DNA of 64,000 nucleotides from Eledone cirrhosa (GCA_964016885.1 OZ024740.1:42408001-42472000), one strand, 5' to 3'; counted from the first letter of the stretch, positions 1-16,224 are shown. Numbers and translations: made by a program. The notes: generated by a model not told the origin, from the letters alone.

Positions 1-291
1 CCTCGTGTCTGAGAGCACGCACCCTAGCTCTGACAACGCAGCCTTCGTGCTTTGCATTGAAGAATTGGTCAAGGGCCAATTTCGCCGCAAGTACGTCGGT
101 CGCGATGTCTTTGCTAAGCGCCTCATCTAATTTTCTAACTAGATCTCCCTCTGCTCTATTTTTCTCTATTGCTAAAGCCTTACTAACCTAATGGACTCTA
201 TTCTAATCGCTCTTTTCAGAGCAAACCACCACTTGTTGTTGACGATGGCCCCCGTCAACGCCCGCTTAACTAGTTCGCTAATCCTGTCTCT

Positions 292-1068
292 TTAGGCATT
301 GTGCGTTGGTAAGGACGCATTTACCTTCCAGTAGCCAGGTCTTCGTCTATGTAGCCTATCTAAGTCAAGCACACAGATCACTAATTTGTAGTCCGTGTAG
401 CTGACTATATTGAATTGTGCACAGCCTCTGCTAGACCTATCTATATCCCTACAAAATACTCTATCTAGATATGATCTGGATGACCCTATGCGATTTGTCC
501 AAGTCCAAAATGGCACATTCGGGAAATCTAATCGGTACCTGCCAGACAGTTCAAAGCGTCTGAGCAGGTTGGTGAGGCTCTTGTACCCTCCTCCCCTATC
601 CGCTAATCCCACACAGTCCCAGCGTGCATCTAAGATCCCGTTCCAGTCGCCCACTAACACTAAAGAGCAAGACGTTCCAAGAAAGGTCTCCAGACGCCGG
701 AAGAAATCAGGCCGCCCTGCTCCTGTAGGGGCATAGACGGCCACTAGCCTGAAAACTTGCCCTTCTCCGCTGGTCACGTCCACCACCACCAACTTACCTT
801 CTGGGTCCAGGAAGATGGCCCGTATGGTGAGATCAAAACCTCTCCGAAAAAGCACAGCAACTCCTCCCTCCGATCCAGGACGGCTGGGAGATGCATACAC
901 ATCGTAGCCGCCGAAGATCGGTACGAAGGCCTGTGCTTCGGAGATTCTGGTCTCGCTGATGGCCACTACATCTATGTTTAGTGACGTGAGGTCGTTGAGC
1001 AGGTGGCCCTGTTTCCATGACTACCCCAAGCCACGCGCATTTATGCTGCCTATTCTGAGTGAGGTCAT
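292..1068 (-). pseudogene. ORF2 N-terminal AP endonuclease of Tx1 copy 1 (premature stops)
   Basis: ORF 292..966 plus upstream MTSLRIGSINARG start at 1068, matching 8707 in copy 2; premature stop at 292-294. Confidence 0.88.
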
Positions 1069-1102
1069 GTTGAAATGGAGTGGAAAAGATGGGAAAGACC
1101 AC

Positions 1103-2978
1103 TTACCTTACTTCTAGTAGAGGAAGGATGGTTTCTCCATCCTTTTCACTGCTTGTGGCTTCCTCAGGAAGGATGTCCTTATAAATCCTCCTGGAGAGTG
1201 CTTGTCGGAAGTCTCCGATGTCTTTGGGGAATTATTGTTTTAGTGTCGTGTACGTTTTCTGTGTGATGCGAGTGATTTGTATGTGTGGAGGTGGTGTAAA
1301 CCTTTGGGTTGTTGTGTAGTCTCTTTCTGTGATGCTGGTGTTGTGTTGGATGTAGTGTAATAATTGGTTGTTGTTAAAATTTAATGCTGTGTAGTGTGTA
1401 TCGTTTTGTTTCTTTTGTTCTGTTTGCGTTTGTTGTGGGTTTGTTTCTGTTTCGCTTTTTGGTGAATTTTGTGGTGTTGGTGACGGTGGTGTTGGGGTTA
1501 ATGATGGTGATGGTGTTGGTATTTGTGGTGATGGGGTTGGTGATGCTGATGTGGATGGTGGCATATCTGTCCTAACTTTTTTGTTTGATAGTTTATTTGT
1601 TTCCCTCTGTATTTTGTTTTTGGAGGGGGAAGGAAGGGGATTTTTTCTCTTTTGGTTTCTTTTTCTTTTTTTCTTTTTTCCCGATACCGTTTCCAACTCC
1701 TCGTCGTCAGAATTTGTCTCCAGTTGCGATAGGTCGGGGAGTAGAAAATCCTCCACAGGCGTTGGTTTTGGTTGTGGCGTGGTGGATGGTGTAGGCGCTG
1801 GTGCTAGTTCTGGGGCTTTGGGTGGTGGTGGTGTTGGTTTTGCTACTGTTGCTGGGGTTGTTGTTGTTACAGTTGCTTCTGTTGTTGCTGCTACAGTTGT
1901 TGCTGCCATTTCTGCTGCTGGTGGTGTTGATGGTTGAGTCACTGGGGTGGGTAAAAGAGTTGACCTCAACCTTTTAACCTGAGGGCAGAAAGCCCTTAGG
2001 CGGGTTCCTTCACCACAAACGACACACCTAGGCCTGCTGCCCTCGACGATTACGGTGAGGTGGCTGCTGTCAGTGAGGTCTATTACCTCTGGGATCTCCT
2101 CAATGCTTTTTTGGTCCGCTTGGATCAGGAGCTCCATCCCAGTTCCGGACCAGTTCTCCTGCTTTTCTTTCGCTTTTTCGATTATCTTGGTGTTGGCCTC
2201 GATGCCGGCGAGGACGACAGCCATTAGACAGGGAATTTCGATGGCCGGTGGAACGTGGGTCACCCTGATCTTCACAAGTCTCTGGCCACAATAGCTTGGG
2301 ACGAGTGTGCAGGCGTCACTTCTTAATGGGGCCATGGAGTGTTCTCTGGCCTCCTGTGGTGTTTCAAAGAACACGTCCACGGTTCCATACTTCTGCCCAC
2401 GTCTGATGTGGGTTTTTTTGGGCCACACATGTCCCAAAGCTTTTTGGATTTGGGACTCGGATGCCCGTTCCACTCTGGGCGATTTTATGTTAATCGTACG
2501 ATAAGACACGGTGCATAGGCGCCGATGCTCCATTTTATTAGGTGTGTGTGTGTGTGGGGGGGGGGTTGACCCTGTACCCATCTTTCTGTACCATTCTTTT
2601 GGCTTCTTCTAATTCCTCCTGAGTTACCTGGATGGCTTCGCACTTTTTTGCTACTCTGGCAAAAGACAGGGTGGTTTTCTTATTCTCATTGTTGTTGTTA
2701 CTGTTGTTGTTATCGTTATTTTTGTTATTGTGAATTTTAGTTTCAGTTGTGGTGGTGGTGGCGTCAGTGGTATTCGGTATGGAAGAGTTCATATTTGGTG
2801 AATCCATTTCGATGTCACGAGATAATTTATTTATTTCTTTTGTTTCTGTTGTCGCTGTGGTGGTGGTGGGGGTGGCGGCTTCAACACCTGCAGTCATTGG
2901 TAATGGCCGGAAATAAATGTCTGCAGGAGACAAATTTAAAATATTGCTACTGCTTATATTTTTAGTGTTGGTAAACAC
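1103..2978 (-). pseudogene. Tx1 ORF1 (ORF1a 2538-2978, ORF1b 1232-2581 with RRM-like region, degenerate CCHC knuckle, Pro/Thr-rich and basic tail)
   Basis: SFARVAK motif; GxRPRCVVCGE; homologous to copy 2 ORF1; premature TAA at 1232. Confidence 0.82.
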
Positions 2979-3292
2979 AGTAATATTTACAATGGTGGTG
3001 TCGGTGTGAGGTGTTAGTTTGTGAGGAAGGTGTGATCTGAATCGTCCATGAAAAATTTTTGTTTGATAATTATAAAAGTTTAAATTTTGGGCTCAAGGCC
3101 CCAATCCTTTTGAGTGTCCTTTTCAGAAAACAATGTATGTGCACTTATATACAGTTAACAATAAAAATTCTCCATAAATGGCAATTTTAAACAACTGAAA
3201 ATAACAAACCTTTGCGGAGCTCACCATAATACGATTTACTACGTACGTCGGCAAAAATAATAATGATAATATTAATAATAATAATAATAATA

Positions 3293-4393
<1,101 letters not shown>

Positions 4394-4409
4394 TAATAAT
4401 AATAATAAT

Positions 4410-5111
4410 CTCAGAACGAAGTGGAGTGAAACACCATATTTACAAGGAGGAGGCTAGCCCACTGTGTAGGATCTGTGGAGAAAGGAGACTGTGGCTCACG
4501 TTGCATCCGAGTGTAAACACCTAGCCCAGACTCACTATAAAGGCTGGAGAAATGATGTGATGGGCAGGGTGATCCACTGGCACCTATGCAAAGTAAACAA
4601 TTTACCACATTCTGAGAAGTGGTATGAGCATAAGCCAGAGTGGGTGATAGAAAACGATCAGGTGAAGGTGCTGTGGGATTTAAGGATACAGACGAACAAG
4701 AAATTAGAACACAATAGGCTTGACCTGGTGGTTTTGGACAAGGAAAAAAGATCGTGATTGACTATAGATGTAGCCTACCCATTTGACACGAGAGTGCAAG
4801 AAAAGGAGAGGGAGAAAATTAACCGATACCAGGACTTAAAGTGGGAGGTAAAAAGGATTGGGAACTGCCATGAAGTCAGAGTCGTCCCGATTGTCATAGG
4901 CGCACTAGGTACTATCTGAAAGAGTTTCCAATGATGGTTAAGGAAAATTAGTCCAGCCCCGCTTTTTGGAGCGCTTCAAAAGGCATGCTTGCTGGGAACA
5001 GCAAGAACCCTCCGATACGTCCTGAATATCTGAGGCTGCAACTAACGGCTTGATATTCATTTCAACAAACTTTCCAGTTAAATAACATCAATGACTGTGA
5101 CACAAAGAAAA

Positions 5112-5112
<1 letters not shown>
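4410..5112 (+). mobile_element. 5'-truncated R4/Dong-like non-LTR element (CCHC knuckle + restriction-like endonuclease, 3'UTR)
   Basis: CRICGE...ETVAHVASEC...YKGWR(N)D; VLWDLRIQT...HNR(L)DLVV; IDVAYPFD...KEREKINRYQDL; VVPIVIGALG; stops/frameshifts; ends in (TAA)n. Confidence 0.88.
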
Positions 5113-5171
<59 letters not shown>

Positions 5172-5427
5172 TTTTCTTTATTAACCACAAGGGTTCACAT
5201 AAAGTAGACATTAAGGACAGTACAGGACAATACAGGACGGTACAAATGGGCATTTCTGCGTGTAAAAAAACAGAGGTTGAAATAAAATAACAAAGAAAAA
5301 TTCCCCAATAGGGGGGAGACTTCCAAGGGACATTTGTGGAGAAAGCCCATTAAAAGACCACAGTGGCCCTGACCACCAGGGCAAGTGCCCTCTCCCAGTT
5401 TTCCACCTTTAATTTACAGACACATAC

Positions 5428-8400
5428 TCACATATTCATTCGGGCCATACTTGCTTCTCTCACCCATCTTTCAACAAAATGCTGGGAAGAGAGCACTTCC
5501 CTCTCTACCCTGATTTTCCTTTTCAAATGAAATTTGAAAAAGTTAATCAGGGCATCACCGAAGAGGTAAGTGCTCGTCTTCAGCCCTTTCAAACGTGTCC
5601 ACCATACTATCTCTTTCGCCATGGCCACCAGACAGATAAAAACTGCCTGCCCTTCCAGGCTAAAGGAAGGGGGTGGGGCAATCCTCACGATGGACTCAGC
5701 TGATAGCTGGATCCGTCCTACACGTGACAGCAGGTGTTCGACATAAACCCACAAGTCAGCAATGCTCGGACACTGGACGAGTGCGTGCAGGACGGTTTCG
5801 TCGCCCTGCGCGCATCTCGGACATGCCCGGCTGACGGCACCTCCATGCCTGTAGAGTTTATCCCGAACTGGCAAAGCTCCTCGGTAGCACTGCCAGGCCA
5901 GGGATTTCTGGAAGTTGTCCATAGGCCCCGGCCCGAAAGTCCTTCCGAGGAGATTGGCTAGTTGATTTTCGTCGACGCCTAGAGTTTCTCCAAGTACGTC
6001 GTCGCTCTTCCCCTCCACTAATCCCCTATAGAACGCCAAGGTGGAGTTTCCACCGATCACATTGCCCGATTGGTCGAGGGCTGTGAGCGCCTGAAGACAT
6101 TCCAGTCTCCAAGCGCTCCCTCTCGGTCTTCGCTTGACCCAGGACTGCAGCTCCGTCAACGAGACGAGCTGGGGAAAAACGTGTCTTGCAAACGGCGACC
6201 ACACCTGATCACCGTCGAGGAAGAGGTGGAGATGTCGTAGCCTCTGCGCGTGTCTGCGCATCATCAGCCACGGCATGCCCATCCCTCCACGTAGCGGGTG
6301 TTGACAGCAGATGGACCGCCTGACCATCGGAGCGCGTCCCTTCCACAAGAAGCGAAAGAGCAAACGCTCCAGCGCAGTCAGGCGGGGCTTAGGACAAGGT
6401 ACGACGGTCAGGCGGTAGTAGATGACGGATGCGATGTACGCATTCGCCACCTCCGCTCGACCTTTTAGGGATAGGTTCCTCTCGGCCCATTTCTGGGTGA
6501 GAGAAGCCACCCTGCTCGTCACCTCGTCCCAGTTTTTGTCCGTCTGGAGGTCTGGACCGAACCAGACCCCTAGCAATTTAACCGGTCCGTCCGTCCAGCG
6601 CCCGACGACGCTGTTGGACGGCATGGACCTGCCTCTCCAGATGCCGAGCTGCAGGCCCACTGACTTTTCCTGGTTGGTCATTGCTCCTGTCACCGCTTCG
6701 TATTCTCTTAGTGTAGTGCCGATCGCCTCGATGTGTTTGGCGTTCGACACCACTACGGTGACATCGTCGGCATATGCTGACACGGATCTTCCGCATCCTA
6801 GTTCGCGCGGGACCCCCCTCAACGTCTCCAGTTTGTGCAGTAATGGCTCGAGAGTCAATACGTACAATAGGGACGAGAGGGGACATCCTTGGCGGACCGA
6901 GCGCATGATGTTGAACGGTTCCGAAAGGTGACCGTTCACTCTCACTACAGAGCAGATGTCGCTGTGCATGGCAGCGATCCAGCCTCTGAAGACGGGCCCA
7001 AAGCCAGCCGCCCTCAGGACTGCCGCTAGGTAACGATGGTCGACCCTATCGAAGGCTTTCGACTGATCTAAATTGATCAAAGACCCACCCGTGCCAGGTT
7101 CCCTAGCTACCCTCTCTACGATGTATCGCATGAGGTGGAGGTTGTCGTGGATGGATCTGTCGGGAATGGCGTACGTCTGTGCCTCTCCCACCAGACCACC
7201 AACGACAAGCGCCAACTCTTTGCTAGCACCTTGGCCAAAATCTTGAACTCTGTGTTTAGCAGAGTTATGGGCCTAAAATTATCTATGTTATCCCCCTTGT
7301 TCGGATCCTTTCTCAGCAGCGCCACCGCTCCTCGGTTCACAGAGCTGGGAATTCTCCCGTTCTGTTGCCAGTTGCAGTAGACGTCCGCCAAGAGGCCTCC
7401 GAACAAGTTTGGCATTTGTACGTAAAGTTCATAGGGCAGACCATCCAAACCAGGCGATTTACCCCTTGTGCAACTAGACATTGCATCCCGTACTTCAGCG
7501 GTTGTTATCGGCTTTTCGCAACACTCCGCCTCAGTGGCCGAAAGCCGCGGCAGTCCGTCGAGGTAGACACTAAAGTCCATCCCTCGATCCGGCCCGCCAC
7601 TGCCCCCGAACAGTTGAGCGAATTTCGCTTTAAAGCTTCACACATTTTCCCGGGATCGAGTAGCATACGCCCGTCGTGGTCCGTCAAAGACCGGATCGTG
7701 GCTTTGTTGCCACGACGCGCCTCCGCCACTCGGGCCCATTGAACGGCTTTCGTCCCCTCGTGTCTGAGAGCACGCACCCTAGCTCTGATAACGCAGCCTT
7801 CGTGCTTTGCATTGAAGAATTGGTCAAGGGCCAATTTCGCCGCAAGTACGTCGGTCGCGATGCCTTTGCTAAGCGCCTCATCTAATTTTCTAACTAGTTC
7901 TCCCTCTGCTCTATTTTTCTCTATTGCTAAAGTCTTACTTAACCTAATGGACTCTATTCTAATTGCTCTTTTCAGAGCAAACCACCACTTGTTGTTGACG
8001 ATGGCCCCCGTCAACGCCTGCTTAACTAGTTCGCTAATCCGGTCTCCGTAGGCCTTGCGCGCTGGTAAGGACGCGTTTAGCTTCCAGTAGCCGGGTCCTC
8101 GCCTATGAAGCCTATCTAAGTCAAGCACACAGATCACGAATTTGTGGTCCGTGTAGCTGACTATCTTGAATTGTGGACAGCCTATGCTAGATCTATCTAT
8201 TTCCCTACAAAATACTCTATCTAGATATGATCTGGATGACCCTATGCGATTTGTCCAAGTCCACATTGGTACATTCGGGAAATCCATTCGGTACCTGTCA
8301 GACAGTTCAAAACGTCTGAGCAGGTTGGTGAGACTCTTGCACCCTCCTTCCCTATCCACTAATCCCACACAATCCCAGCGTGCATCTAAGATCCCGTTCC

Positions 8401-8707
8401 AGTCACCCACTAACACTAAAGAGCGGGACGTTCCAAGAAAGGTCTCCAGACGCCGAAAGAAATCATGCCGCCCTGCTCCTCTACGAAAAAGCACAGCAAC
8501 TCCTCCCCCCGATCCCGGACGACTGGGAGATGCGTACACATCGTAGCCGCCGAAGATCGGTGCGAAAGCCTGTGCTTCGGAGATTCTGGTCTCGCTGATG
8601 GCCACTACATCTATGTTTAGTGACCTGAGGTCGTTGAGCAGGTGGCCCTGCTTCCATGACGACCCCAAGCCACGCGCATTTATGCTGCCTATTCTGAGTG
8701 AGGTCAT
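5428..8707 (-). pseudogene. Tx1 ORF2 (APE endonuclease, reverse transcriptase, C-terminal Cys-rich domain), two frameshifts
   Basis: KSPGLDGLP, RPITLLN, DQSKAFDRV, VRQGCPLS, AYADD; spread over ORFs 7505-8707, 7116-7580 and 5428-7215. Confidence 0.93.
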
Positions 8708-8741
8708 GTTGAAAAGGAGTGGAAAAGATGGGAAAGACCAC

Positions 8742-10733
8742 TTACCTTACTTCTCGTAGGGAAAGGACGGTTTTTCCATCCTTTTCACTGCTTGTGACCT
8801 CCTCAGGAAGGATGTCCTTATAAATCCTCCTGGAGAGTGCTTGTCGGATGTCTCCGATGTCTTTGGGGAATTTTTGTTTTAGTGTCATGTACGTTTTCTG
8901 TGTGATGCGAGTGATTTGTATGTGTGGAGGTGGTGTGAATTTTGGGGTTGTTGTGTAGTCTTTTTCCGTGATACTGGTGTTGTGTTGGATGTAGTGTAAT
9001 AATTGCTTGTTGTTCAAATTTAATGCTGTGTAGTGTGTAACGTTTTGGTTGTTTTGTTTTGTTTGCGTTTGTTGTGGGTTTGTTTCTGTTTCGCATTTTG
9101 GTGACTTTTGTGGTGTAGGTGATGGTGGTGTTGGAGTTAATGATGGTGATGGTGTTGGTGTTTGGGTTGATGGGGTTGGTGATGCTGGTGTGGATGGTGG
9201 CATATCTGTCCTAACTTTTTTGTTTCTTAGTTTATTTGTTTCCCTCTGTACTTTGTTTTTGGAGAGGGAAGGAAGAGAATTTTTTCTTTTTTGGTTTCTT
9301 TTTTTTTTCCGGATATCGTTTCCCACTCCTCGTCGTCACAATCTATCTCCAGTTGTGATAGGCCGGGGAGTGGAAAATCCTCCCCAGGCGTTAGTTTTGG
9401 TTGTGGCGTGGTGGATGGTGTAGGCGCTGGTGCTAGTTCTGAAGCGTTGGGTGGTGGTGGTGTTGGTTTTGCTGGTGGTGGTGGTGGTGTTGGTTTTGCT
9501 ACTGTTGCTGGGGTTGTCGCTGTTATAGTTGCTTCTGTTGTTGCTGCTACAGTTGTTGCTGCCATCTCTGCTACTGGTGGTGTTGATGGTAGTGTCACTG
9601 GGGTGGGTAGGAGAGGTGGCCTCAACCTTTTAGCCTGAGGGCAGAAAGCCCTTAGGTGGGTTCTTTCATCACAAACGACACACCTAGGTCTTCTGCCCTC
9701 GACAATTACCGTGAGGTGGCTGCCGTCAGTGAGGTCTATTACCTCTGGGATCTCCTCAATGCTTTTTTGGTCCGCTTGGATCAGGAGCTCCATCCCAGAT
9801 CCGGACCAGTTCTCCTGCTTTTCTTTTGCTATTGCTATTATTTTTGTGTTGGCTTCGATGCCGGCGAGGACGACAGCCATTAGACAGGGAATTTCGATGG
9901 CCGGTGGAACGTGGGTCACCCTGATCTTTACGAGTCTCTGGCCACAATAGCTTTGGACGAGTGTGAAGGCGTCACTTCTTAATGGGGCCATGGAGTGTTC
10001 TCTAGCCTCCTCTGGTGTTTCAAAGAACACGTCCACGGTTCCATACTTCTGCCCACGTCTGATGTGGGTTTTTCTTGCCCACACATGTCCCAAAGCTTTT
10101 TGGATTTGGGACTCGGATGCCCGTTCCACTCGGCGCGATTTTACATTTATCGTTCGATACGACACGGTGCATAGGCGCCGATGCTCCATTTTATTAGGGG
10201 GGGGTGAGGCTGACCCTGTACCCATCTATCTTTACCATTTGTTTGGCATTTTCTAAATCCTCCTGAGTCACCGTAAATGCTTCGAACTGTTTTGCTACTC
10301 TGGCGAAACTGAGGGTCGGTTTTATAATGTCATTGTTGTTGTTGTTGCTATCGTTATTTGTGTTAATATTAATTTTAGTTTCAGTTGTGGTGGTGGTGAC
10401 GTCAGTCGTCTTTGGTGGGGAAGAGTCCATTTTGCTTGATTTCATTTCGACATCACGAGTTAATTTTTCTTTTTCTTCTTTTGTTTCTGTTGTCGCGGTG
10501 GTGGTGGGAGTGGTGGTTGTCGCGGTAGTGGTGGTGGTGGAGGCTTTAACACCTGCAGTCATTGGTAATGGCGGGAAATGAATGTCTGCCTGAGACAAAT
10601 TTAAAATATTGCTACTGCTTATATTTTTTTTTGTGTTGGCAAACGTAGTAACATTTACAATGGTGGTGTCGGTGTGAGGTGTTAATTTGTGAGGAAGGCT
10701 TTCAGCTGCTTGGTGCAGAGGTGAATTAGCCAT
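8742..10733 (-). pseudogene. Tx1 ORF1 copy 2 (10194-10733, 9227-10225, 8742-9326)
   Basis: SFARVAK; CVVCDERTHLRAFCP knuckle; frameshift in the A-run at ~9300-9320. Confidence 0.83.
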
Positions 10734-10941
10734 TTCTTTTCAAAGAAATTTTTTGATAATAATAAAAGTTTAAATTTTGGGCACAAGGCCCCAATCTTTT
10801 TGGGTGTCCTTTTCGGAAAACAATGTATGTGCGCTTATAAGCAGTTAACAATAACATTTTCCATAAATGACAATTTTTAACAAACGGAAATAACAAACTT
10901 TTGCGGAGCTCAGGATGATACGATTTACTACGTAGGTCGCC

Positions 10942-10989
<48 letters not shown>

Positions 10990-11100
10990 TGTTTCTATTT
11001 TTGGCACAAGGCCAGCAATTGCCAGTGTATTATTGGTACTTTATTTTATCGACCCCGTAAGGATGAAAGGCAAAGTTAACATCGGCGGGAGTTGAACTCA

Positions 11101-11103
<3 letters not shown>
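10990..11103 (-). mobile_element. 5'-truncated tRNA-derived SINE, family S1
   Basis: B-box-like GAGTTCAACTCC; core GTCGATAAAATAAAGTACC; 3' end GGCCTTGTGCCAAAAATAGAAAC-(ATT)n. Confidence 0.85.
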
Positions 11104-11139
<36 letters not shown>

Positions 11140-11140
<1 letters not shown>

Positions 11141-11893
11141 TTTTGTATTGGCCACAAAGGCCTACATATAGGGGATGATACAAAAACACAGGGACATTAG
11201 GCCTTTATAATGAAATGGAGTAAAAACAAATTAACCTAAGCAATTAACAATAAAAATATACCAATACGAATTCCTCAATAGGGGGCAGAACAATCTAGGG
11301 TCGACTCAGGTACTCCACCAATCCTGAACCACACGACGCTTCGAGGGTACCTTCTCCTCAAATCAACAAACCTACAGGCACATGCTCAGAGTAGGCCCAT
11401 TCACACGGGCTATTCTCACCACATTCACCCACATCTTAGCAAATATAGTGAGGGACAGCACTTCTCTCTCCACCCTCACCTTTCATTTCAAATGAAACTT
11501 GAACAAGTTGATGACGGATTGGCCGAAGAGGAAAGTGTCTGTCTTCAGTTCTTTCAACCTGGTCCTCCATACAACATATTTTGCTACCGCCACCAGACAG
11601 AGGAAAACTGCCCGCCCTTCCCGGGCAGAAGAAGACGGCGACGCGATCTTGGATTCGGTTGATAGCCGGATTCGTCCTACACGCGACATCAGCTGTTCGA
11701 CATAACTCCACGAGAATCTCGGGCAGGTCCGTTTAACAGCACTTCCGTGCCTGTAGAATTTATCTCGAATTGGCAGTGCACCCCGGTAACACTGCCAAGC
11801 GAGGGAATTCTTGAAGTTATCCATAGTCCCCGGCTCGAAAGTCCTCCAGAACAGACTGGTCAGTTCAACTTCGTTGACGCCTATAGTCTCTCC
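11140..11893 (-). mobile_element. 5'-truncated, older Tx1 subfamily C fragment
   Basis: MDNFKNSLAWQCYRGALPIRDK...; internal deletion; 3'UTR related to 3610-3890. Confidence 0.87.
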
Positions 11894-11894
11894 G

Positions 11895-12060
11895 AGAAGT
11901 TCCGACGTTCTTTATCTCTCGACCAACACCCCATTCTCACTAATATCGGGCCAAATTTGGCCACAAGCAGAGGCGAGTTCCACGTGTTGAGATGGTTATT
12001 CCATCGTGTCTCTTTCGTCATCCTCCGGGAAACGTCTTCTCCACTCTCTCCTCCGTTTTT
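11895..12060 (+). mobile_element. Degenerate CRE-clade-like RLE C-terminal fragment
   Basis: ILTNIGPNLATSRGE..LRWLFHRVSFVILRE resembles the CRE QRISxAIxRGN motif and 48500-48790. Confidence 0.55.
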
Positions 12061-12349
12061 CAAGAAAAAATAGTTATTTCTGCATTTAAGTAGAATTGGC
12101 AAGGCATGTTGACCATTGCTTAGTCTCAAGTCGGCCATGATTGAACAGACTAAGGTGGAAAGGATTTATTTCCGTGACCATTCCTCCAGTGCTTTATTCA
12201 GACGATAGAGTTTGAGATGTGACTGCTAATCCTAGCAAATCAACCGACCAGGTAGAGGTTCCATTGTTAGCTGGAGTGGTGGTGGTAGGTCACGAATAAT
12301 ATAGAAATAGGGAAGGATCTGAAACTAAGGAGAGTGAGGAATGAAAGTA

Positions 12350-14659
<2,310 letters not shown>

Positions 14660-14660
<1 letters not shown>

Positions 14661-14800
14661 TAATAATAAATGTGAAGACTAAAATCCAAAGGGGGCTCGA
14701 TAAGGATAAATATATATCAAATATATAAGAACCCTAGAGCAAATATGTATTAAAATAACAGATTAAAGTTTAAGCAAAGAATCACCCTTAATGGGATCTT
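14660..14800 (-). repeat. Fragment of PLE pLTR-like family P-A
   Basis: Matches 33805-33950 and 34125-34290. Confidence 0.75.
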
Positions 14801-14825
14801 ACATATATATATATATTTTTTTTGT

Positions 14826-15212
14826 CGATCGACTTTCGTCAATTCGGACCGAGAAAACAATGTTTCCATTAGTCTTTTCAATTGCTAAAATTATCTATCG
14901 GTCGCAACTCCAGGTAGAAGGAGCAACGTTAAATAAAGTGTCTTGCTCAAAGACATAACGCATCTCCTGGTCTGGAAATCGAACTCACAATCTCACGATT
15001 CCGAATAAAATTCTCTAACCAATCAGCCAGGCGTGTGACTAATTGGTTAGGGAACTGGCTTCACAATCGTGGGGTTGTCAGTTCGATTCTTGGACCAGGC
15101 GATGCGTTATTTCCTTGGGCAAGACACTTTATTTCACGTTGCTCCTTCTAGCTGGAGTTGGACAGATAGGAATTGGAAAGACTAATGAAAACATTGTTTC
15201 CTCGGTCCAATT
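14826..15212. mobile_element. Two tRNA-derived SINEs (family S2), head-to-head
   Basis: A-box TGGCTGATTGGT/TGACTAATTGGT; B-box GTTCGATT; central CCTTGGGCAAGACACTTTATTTCACGTTGCTCC; junction ~15030. Confidence 0.82.
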
Positions 15213-15237
15213 TATATATATATATATAGAGAGAGAG

Positions 15238-15512
15238 ACACTGGAACATAAACAAAGACAATCACACACTAGGACCTATACAACTACAAAGAAACACTGA
15301 AATATTTATATACACTACGTATGGGTCTTTGTACATGTTTCAGTGTGTGTATATGTATGCGTATATGTTTGTATATATATCATAGTGTATTTATATATGT
15401 ATATGTGTATGTGCACCGTCGATTAGGTCCTAGTATGTGTATATGTATATGCGTACGTGTGTTGTTGTATAGGTCCTAGTGTGTGAGTGTCTTTGTTTAT
15501 GTTCCAGTGTGT
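15238..15512. repeat. Small inverted-repeat element (~50-bp arms)
   Basis: ACACTGGAACATAAACAAAGACA..CACACACTAGGACCTATACAAC, with its reverse complement at ~15463-15512. Confidence 0.75.
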
Positions 15513-16073
15513 ATATATATATATATAGTTTTCCTCATCAGTTGACTACTGGGGGTCTCGGATATTTCTACGCTTTAAAGACAAGATATCTACCGCCCAT
15601 GGCGTCAATAACTGGATAAGTTATTGGGAAAACGGAGGAAGGAGGGAAGGAAGACAAAAGGGAAGAAAAGAGAAAACAGTGAAAAAACAGCGAAATATAA
15701 ACAACAAACCGAGCAATGTGCGAGCAACTTAAGTTAAGAAAATCCAAGAAAACACGATGAGAGAACTTAAGTTCAAGACTGTGTAGTCACGAGAAAAGAC
15801 ACACATCTGACCCCAGCAGTTATAAGTTAGAAAAGGACTACTAGAGGGTCAGGCGAGGGAAACAATGAGGTGGCAACAAGAGAGATGATGAGTGAAAATG
15901 AGTGGGAGAAAGGGAGAGGGAGAAAGTGGGATAAGAGTAGATAGTAGCGAAATATATGGAGAATAGAAATGGCTGTGTAGTTACTATTTAAGGTAGCTTA
16001 AAATGGAGTAGGAATAAGAAGAAAGCAAATATATTCTAGTGTGTATATATGTGTGTCTTTGTATATATCTTAA

Positions 16074-16111
<38 letters not shown>

Positions 16112-16112
<1 letters not shown>

Positions 16113-16202
16113 GTTTCTCCTTCTACCTGGAGTTGCAACCAATAGATAGTATTAGCAATGGAAACATTGTTTCCACGGTCCGATTTGACGAAAGTCGATC
16201 GT
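16112..16202 (+). mobile_element. 3' fragment of SINE S2
   Basis: Reverse complement of 14826-14930. Confidence 0.7.
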
Positions 16203-16224
16203 TCCTTTTATATATATATATATA

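Larger units (their letters stand above)
1..3252 (-). mobile_element. Tx1/L1-clade non-LTR retrotransposon, copy 1 (5'UTR, ORF1, APE part of ORF2; runs off window start)
   Basis: Closely similar to 7755-10941. APE motifs ETR..., LVGDWN, SYLDRVF, SYTDY(H). The 5' end GCCGACGTACGTAGTAAATCG abuts (AAT)n at ~3255. Confidence 0.93.
5171..10941 (-). mobile_element. Full-length (~5.8 kb) Tx1/L1-clade retrotransposon, copy 2, decayed
   Basis: 5'UTR, ORF1, ORF2 (APE-RT-Cys), 3'UTR with AATAAA; both ends abut (AAT)n. Confidence 0.95.

Noticed and set aside
15033-15100. tRNA genes at SINE heads
   Set aside because: A/B boxes only; no cloverleaf, and followed by SINE body.
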